A DNA stretch of 11,769 nucleotides, taken from assembly GCA_041288045.1 (NCBI GenBank), contig JBGGMM010000058.1, forward strand, positions 1 through 11,769, read 5' to 3'. This document shows, one piece after another, positions 7,732 through 11,769 of the stretch (the first letter of the stretch is position 1; the number at the start of each line of letters is the position of its first letter). Source of the stretch: Pseudobdellovibrionaceae bacterium. Lineage in GTDB: Bacteria > Bdellovibrionota > Bdellovibrionia > Bdellovibrionales > Bdellovibrionaceae. Made by a program: the position numbers and the translations under genes. Under the pieces are notes generated by a model, which saw only the letters and a list, made by a program, of their open reading frames with translations, did not search any database and was not told the origin of the DNA.

Positions 7732-8508
7732 TTATTTGCTTTCCAGATGCTTGTCGATGATGGTTTTGAATTCTGGGAAAGGGTAAGCACCTTTCAAAGA
7801 AACGCCATTGATAACAAAGCCCGGAGTTCCACTGATTCCGAATTTTTGTGCTTCGGCAACGTCTTTGTTGATTCGTTCCATCAATGAAGCATCAGCCAAA
7901 TCTTTGTCCAGCTTTTTCATGTCAGCTCCGACTTTTTTGGCTGTATCTTTCAAGAATTGTTCTTTCTTGGCATTCAGATCTGCCTGATTTTGAAAAATCA
8001 AATCATGAAATTTGTAAGCTTTGTCAGCGTCTTGGCGTGCAATCGCTTCAAAATATTTGGCGGCTGGCATTGCCAAAGGGTGAAAATCTAGAGGCAAGTG
8101 TTTAAACACAAAGCGAACTTGGCCTGGGTAGGCTTTTTTCACTTCTTGAATCGTTTGATAGCCTCGAGAGCAATAAGGACATTGGAAATCCGAGTATTCA
8201 ACAATTGTGATTTTCGCGTCTTTTGGCCCTTCAATGGCGCGATTGTCTTCAATTTCAGGCTTGAGGGGATTTTTAAATTCTTCATCCCGCTTGGCTGTTT
8301 CTTCGCTAGCTGCTTTTTCGGCGCCCTTGGCTTGAGCTTCACGAGCTGCTTTGTTGACGACTTCGATAAATTTTTCTGGATCTTTTTCAATTGCAGAAAA
8401 AACAATACTTGGGTCTTTTTCAATGGCTTCTTTGATGTGCTTAGAAGAAGGGGCGCAAGCGCTCAAGAGCAATCCGACTGCTGCGGACATCAGGACAATT
8501 TTTTTCAA
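7732..8508 (-). CDS. DsbA-family thiol:disulfide oxidoreductase lipoprotein (thioredoxin fold, ScsC/Com1-like N-terminal helix)
   Basis: TTG start with a strong AAGGAGA SD; lipobox LLLSA|C; EYSDFQCPYC active site; FKHLPL; cis-Pro loop GISGTPGF. Confidence 0.92.
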   Translation of the reverse strand: MKKIVLMSAAVGLLLSACAPSSKHIKEAIEKDPSIVFSAIEKDPEKFIEVVNKAAREAQAKGAEKAASEETAKRDEEFKNPLKPEIEDNRAIEGPKDAKITIVEYSDFQCPYCSRGYQTIQEVKKAYPGQVRFVFKHLPLDFHPLAMPAAKYFEAIARQDADKAYKFHDLIFQNQADLNAKKEQFLKDTAKKVGADMKKLDKDLADASLMERINKDVAEAQKFGISGTPGFVINGVSLKGAYPFPEFKTIIDKHLESK

Positions 8509-8555
8509 GAGAATCTCCTTTTTTTATGTGACTGGTTTTTCAAACCCAAACAGTT

Positions 8556-8658
8556 TGACACAAAGCTTTTCTGAGACAAAGTATTTTTGCGTCACGGCTT
8601 TGGTCTAGGGAAGTCTTGAGACAAAGCACGTCATTGAATCTGACACTCTCCTGTCAGA
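8556..8658. repeat. Cluster of TGASACAAAG direct repeats plus a TCTGACA-N6-TGTCAGA palindrome in the divergent promoter region
   Basis: TGACACAAAG 8556-8565, TGAGACAAAG 8572-8581, TGAGACAAAG 8617-8626; inverted repeat 8639-8645/8652-8658. Confidence 0.7.
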
Positions 8659-8668
8659 GAATAGAATC

Positions 8669-9316
8669 ATGAAAAAGCTCATCACGTTCTGCATCACAAT
8701 GGCAATTGTCGGGTCGGCGCAAGCCGGACTGCTTTTTAACTATTCTCAATTGGCTCTCAAAGACCTGGATCAAATGAACAAACTGGTCCGCAGCAAAATC
8801 CAAGAGTCAAAAAAATCGGGAGGCAACAAAGTCATCCCGTTGAAAGAAGCTCTGCAGGCCGTGTTTTCAAGATCCAATGAAGATTTCATGATCGAAAAAA
8901 TCACTCCGCAATTGAAAGTTGAAATGGATGAGCACGACTCCTGGGAGCCTTCTATCCAAGCGTTAGTTAAAGAAGCCTTGGGGGCACTTGGCAATCCCAA
9001 AGCTTTCAAGCCAGTGGTTCAAGTGACCTATTTGATTTTCCTTGAAAATATGATTGCTGAATTGAAGCCTCGGCTGGATGAAAAATTCGAGAGAAAAATC
9101 ATCACTCAAATCCGTGATGCAAAAATTTCTGTGACGAAAGAAGCAGTGAATGAAAGAAGATTGCGAGTGATGAAAGAAACCACTTCGCCCTCACTGATTG
9201 CAGAAGCGGTTCTGAAAGAGCATGAGGAAATGAAAAAGGCAGCGCCGCCATCGACTGTTCCAGCTGCGCCTGCTGCCAAAAAAGAAATTTCAGATGAAAA
9301 TGAGAGCGAGCAATAA
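8669..9316 (+). CDS. Secreted alpha-helical hypothetical protein
   Basis: 215-aa ORF; signal peptide MKKLITFCITMAIVGSAQA|GL; helical, charged body; Ala/Pro then acidic low-complexity tail. No recognised family. Confidence 0.85.
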   Translation: MKKLITFCITMAIVGSAQAGLLFNYSQLALKDLDQMNKLVRSKIQESKKSGGNKVIPLKEALQAVFSRSNEDFMIEKITPQLKVEMDEHDSWEPSIQALVKEALGALGNPKAFKPVVQVTYLIFLENMIAELKPRLDEKFERKIITQIRDAKISVTKEAVNERRLRVMKETTSPSLIAEAVLKEHEEMKKAAPPSTVPAAPAAKKEISDENESEQ

Positions 9317-10060
9317 TTAGTGATTGCTCGCGATGATCAAAGGAACTGCAACTGAGGCAGCTGCCAATCGGCGGTAGGCATCTCGGTAGTTCTTCAGAAC
9401 CTTTTGGCTATAGATCTGTGGCTTTGTTTCGCTGGCATACATCTGAGTGGCTTTGGTATATCCCATATTGTAGGCCGAAATGTATTTTTCAGCTTGTTTG
9501 TTGAAGCGGCCACGCAAGTAGTTCATATAAGCGACACCGATCCGAACATTCATCGATGGATCTTCCAAAGTCTTGGCTCCGTACCAAGGCAATTTAAATT
9601 TTTCAGCAATCCATTTGGCAGTCTTGGGCTTGAGCTGCATCAAGCCGATCTCTCCATGTTGACCGCGAGCCATGGGATTGAAACTGCTTTCTGTACGAAT
9701 GACAGCCATCACAAAAACTGGATCAAAATGATACTTCTCTGCTTGCTGTAGCAATGTCGATGAAAGATCAATAGCAGCCTCTTTATGGGCAGCTGGTAAG
9801 CTTCGATAGACTTCATTGAGGATCGCCATACCGAGCATTGGAGAGCCTTCCACAAGGCGGGCAGGGCTGTTCTGATAGGTCTTCCCTAAGAGCTCTTTGG
9901 CATGAGCAGCTCTGGATTTTTCATTCAAAGTTTGCAAATCCAGTCTCCATGCGTTTGAGAAAGAAAAATTTTGATAGAACAAAGCTGTGAGAGCAAGTGC
10001 TGAAAGGACACCGAATTTTTTGAACTGAGGAGTATCAAAAAAGTTGAGTGTGGTTGTCAT
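9317..10060 (-). CDS. Lytic transglycosylase, SLT domain, with N-terminal signal/anchor
   Basis: Family 1 LT motifs AVIRTESSFNP (catalytic Glu), EIGLMQL, LEDPSMNVRIGVAY, SAYNMG. Hydrophobic FGVLSALALTALFY near the N-terminus. GGAGGTG SD. Confidence 0.93.
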   Translation of the reverse strand: MTTTLNFFDTPQFKKFGVLSALALTALFYQNFSFSNAWRLDLQTLNEKSRAAHAKELLGKTYQNSPARLVEGSPMLGMAILNEVYRSLPAAHKEAAIDLSSTLLQQAEKYHFDPVFVMAVIRTESSFNPMARGQHGEIGLMQLKPKTAKWIAEKFKLPWYGAKTLEDPSMNVRIGVAYMNYLRGRFNKQAEKYISAYNMGYTKATQMYASETKPQIYSQKVLKNYRDAYRRLAAASVAVPLIIASNH

Positions 10061-10104
10061 GTCTCACCTCCTGTCTCAAAACGACAAGTGATACCACCTA
10101 TAAG

Positions 10105-10120
10105 TCCAATGTTCGTGCCA
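10105..10120 (-). promoter_or_regulatory. Putative sigma54 (-24/-12) promoter of the lytic transglycosylase
   Basis: Minus strand TGGCACGAACATTGGA versus consensus TGGCACG-N4-TTGC(A/T): perfect -24 box, exact spacing, one change (TTGG) at -12. Predicted start near 10094. Confidence 0.65.
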
Positions 10121-10125
10121 CAATC

Positions 10126-10138
10126 TAAGCTATTGAAA
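10126..10138 (-). promoter_or_regulatory. Putative IHF binding site just upstream of the sigma54 -24 box
   Basis: Minus strand TTTCAATAGCTTA, one mismatch to WATCAANNNNTTR, in the position typical for sigma54 promoters. Confidence 0.45.
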
Positions 10139-10203
10139 TAACTGGCGTATCAGGACGATACGCGGGTCAAAAACGGCCTATTGGAGGGGGCAAAAAAAGT
10201 GTG

Positions 10204-10230
10204 TAGAAAAGTTTCGACAAACGTCGATAA
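10204..10230 (+). promoter_or_regulatory. Candidate sigma28 (FliA)-like promoter 1
   Basis: TAGA-N15-GTCGATAA versus consensus TAAA-N15-GCCGATAA (one mismatch in each box, exact spacing). Confidence 0.35.
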
Positions 10231-10307
10231 GTTAGAGACCCAAGATGATCGTCTCGTGTTCGATTCTGAAAAGACCCCTGTCTTCGTCTAGAACATCTCA
10301 TTTTGGC

Positions 10308-10335
10308 TCAAGCGATCCCTGCGTCACTCCGATGA
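10308..10335 (+). promoter_or_regulatory. Candidate sigma28 (FliA)-like promoter 2
   Basis: TCAAG-N15-TCCGATGA, about 40 nt upstream of the ATG at 10376. CCGAT core conserved. Confidence 0.35.
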
Positions 10336-10375
10336 AAAAGAGAACCCAAAACGGATTTTGGGAAGGAGTGCGCTC

Positions 10376-10654
10376 ATGTTTATTCAAGGTGATTTACAGG
10401 CTCTTTTCGATGCTCTCTATGAAATTGGCGCGATTGATCCTGTTCTTAAAATGGATTGGTCGCAAGTCACAGATGAGATGGGACGCAATCAGATGGTTCT
10501 CAAAGATCTCTTCAAATTGGTGAATGCCTGCGCCGGGGATCGTGAACTGTTGATTCAAAAACTGAAATTCATGGATGAGAAATCAATTCACTATTTGGCA
10601 ATGGAGGTGGCTCGTGAATTTGCTGAGTTCCAAGACCGCAAAGAACTTCACTAG
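10376..10654 (+). CDS. Small acidic cytoplasmic hypothetical protein (92 aa)
   Basis: ATG at 10376 preceded by GGAAGGAG SD (preferred over the track's 10358 start). MFIQGDLQALFDALY...EFQDRKELH, predicted helical, no recognised motif. Confidence 0.8.
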   Translation: MFIQGDLQALFDALYEIGAIDPVLKMDWSQVTDEMGRNQMVLKDLFKLVNACAGDRELLIQKLKFMDEKSIHYLAMEVAREFAEFQDRKELH

Positions 10655-11138
10655 AATCTCGCTGTTTGGCATTTTCTTCTTCGTTCAGGTCTCGGTGAGA
10701 GCCTGGGAAGTCGATATGTCCCGTCGGAAAAAAGATCTCAAAAGCATGCGGCTTCCGGCAAGCATTGTGGATGTTCAAAAAAAGCCCGAAGACGAAATGG
10801 CAGCCAATTTTTTCAAATCGGTCGAGCCCACTCAGGAAATCGTGATCATGAACACGGACAATGGTTTTGTACCCGGAACAGTGCATTTGAAAAAAGGGCA
10901 GAACTACAAAATTTTTGTGGTCAATGTGAATGACAAAGAGAAAAACACAAGCTTTGTGCTGGATGCTTTCTCTGAACACCACGCCACTTATTTTGGCCAG
11001 CAAAAAAGTTTCAGTATTTCTCCGAAAGCCGATGGAATTTTCTCTTTTCAATGTCCAGAAACTGCCAAGCAAGGTCGTATCATTGTTTTCAGTGATGAGA
11101 TGGACATGACAAGAAAACCGGCTTCTAAATCTCGCTAG
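10614..11138 (+). CDS. Exported cupredoxin-fold protein (174 aa from the GTG start)
   Basis: GGAGG SD followed by in-frame GTG at 10614; signal peptide ending VSVRA|WE; cupredoxin-like pattern GFVPGTVHLKKGQNYKIFVVN...PKADGIFSFQCP...GRIIV. Overlaps the upstream gene by 41 nt. Confidence 0.75.
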   Translation: MNLLSSKTAKNFTRISLFGIFFFVQVSVRAWEVDMSRRKKDLKSMRLPASIVDVQKKPEDEMAANFFKSVEPTQEIVIMNTDNGFVPGTVHLKKGQNYKIFVVNVNDKEKNTSFVLDAFSEHHATYFGQQKSFSISPKADGIFSFQCPETAKQGRIIVFSDEMDMTRKPASKSR

Positions 11139-11158
11139 GCGAGTCTTAAGAGAGATTT

Positions 11159-11769
11159 ATGTCAGATGAGAAACTCACAGTCTTTCAAGCGACGATTCGG
11201 CAGTTCCTGGGGCCGATCGTTGCCTTTTTGGAAGATCCCAAAGTGTCGGAAATTCTCATCAATGGTCCCCATGATATTTTCGTTGAGATGTCTGGAAAGC
11301 TGACGAAGACTTCAGCCAAATTTCACGACGAAGATTCTCTTCGTGCCGCTGTGAACACAATCGCTCAAAGTGTAGGTCGCAGAATCACTGAAGAAGAGCC
11401 ACGGTTGGATGCTCGCTTGCCAGATGGTTCAAGGATCGCAGCTGTGATCCCCCCTTGCGCTCGCAATGGCACTTGCGTGAGCATTCGAAAATTCACTCAA
11501 TCTAAAATCACTTTCAAAGACTACGTGAAACTGGGCTCGCTTTCCGCCGATGGCGCACAGTTCTTGGATCTTTGCATGTTTCTGGGAAAAAATATTTTGG
11601 TGAGCGGTGGGACCGGTTCGGGAAAAACCACTTTGCTCTCTCTGCTTTGTTCGCGGATCCCCAAAGGGCAAAGGCTTTTGGTGATTGAGGACTCGAGTGA
11701 ATTGAATATTTCCTACGAGCATGTAGTGAATTTTGAAACTCGACAGGCCAACCAAATTGGTAAAGGCGA
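11159..11769 (+). CDS. tadA: CpaF/TadA-family (Flp/Tad pilus, VirB11-like) secretion ATPase, truncated at the window end
   Basis: Not in the ORF track; hand translation from ATG 11159: MSDEKLTVFQATIRQFLGPIVAFLEDPKVSEILINGPHDIFVE...DARLPDGSRIAAVIPP...VSIRKF...NILVSGGTGSGKTTLL (Walker A)...VIEDSSEL (Asp box). Open to the end. Confidence 0.93.
   Translation, partial: MSDEKLTVFQATIRQFLGPIVAFLEDPKVSEILINGPHDIFVEMSGKLTKTSAKFHDEDSLRAAVNTIAQSVGRRITEEEPRLDARLPDGSRIAAVIPPCARNGTCVSIRKFTQSKITFKDYVKLGSLSADGAQFLDLCMFLGKNILVSGGTGSGKTTLLSLLCSRIPKGQRLLVIEDSSELNISYEHVVNFETRQANQIGKG

Noticed and set aside
8098..8608. Plus-strand ORFs 8098-8574 and 8351-8608, one very Phe-rich
   Set aside because: Phe richness mirrors the Lys/Glu (AAA/GAA) codons of the dsbA-like gene on the other strand.
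8556..8626. Mini CRISPR-like array
   Set aside because: Repeats are only 10 bp with irregular 6 and 35 bp gaps, and no cas genes are present.
10186..10240. Possible c-di-GMP-I riboswitch (GGGCAAA...GAAA...GAC) upstream of the tad unit
   Set aside because: The stems flanking GAAA do not pair and the conserved GCAAAG/C second element is missing. An Rfam scan would settle it.
10245..10523. 92-aa ORF overlapping the leader and the 10376 gene
   Set aside because: Out-of-frame overlap with a better gene that has a strong SD; no protein-like features.
10569..11755. Minus-strand ORFs 10569-11072 and 11429-11755
   Set aside because: Antisense to the cupredoxin-like gene and to the clearly conserved TadA ATPase.

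Overview
Gene-dense bacterial chromosomal window. Gene content and style suggest Bdellovibrionota (inference, no search run). On the minus strand is a lipoylation/2-oxoacid dehydrogenase operon (lipA - E2/pdhC - hypothetical membrane protein - lpdA - lipB), followed by a predicted outer-membrane beta-barrel gene and a secreted helical protein truncated at the window start. Divergent from lipA are sfsA and an alpha/beta-hydrolase, then a 26-codon TetR-like remnant and a bidirectional terminator shared with a DsbA/ScsC-like lipoprotein gene. Next come a secreted hypothetical protein, a convergent SLT lytic transglycosylase with a sigma54/IHF-like promoter, and a divergent unit (small hypothetical, cupredoxin-like protein, CpaF/TadA ATPase truncated at the window end). 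I found no rRNA, tRNA, CRISPR array or mobile element, and no unambiguous new multi-gene system. The best leads are non-coding: a TGASACA heptamer strongly concentrated in intergenic DNA (including two copies bracketing a Shine-Dalgarno), the sigma54/sigma28-like divergent control region between the transglycosylase and the tad ATPase unit, and an RBS-occluding hairpin in front of the barrel + secreted protein pair.
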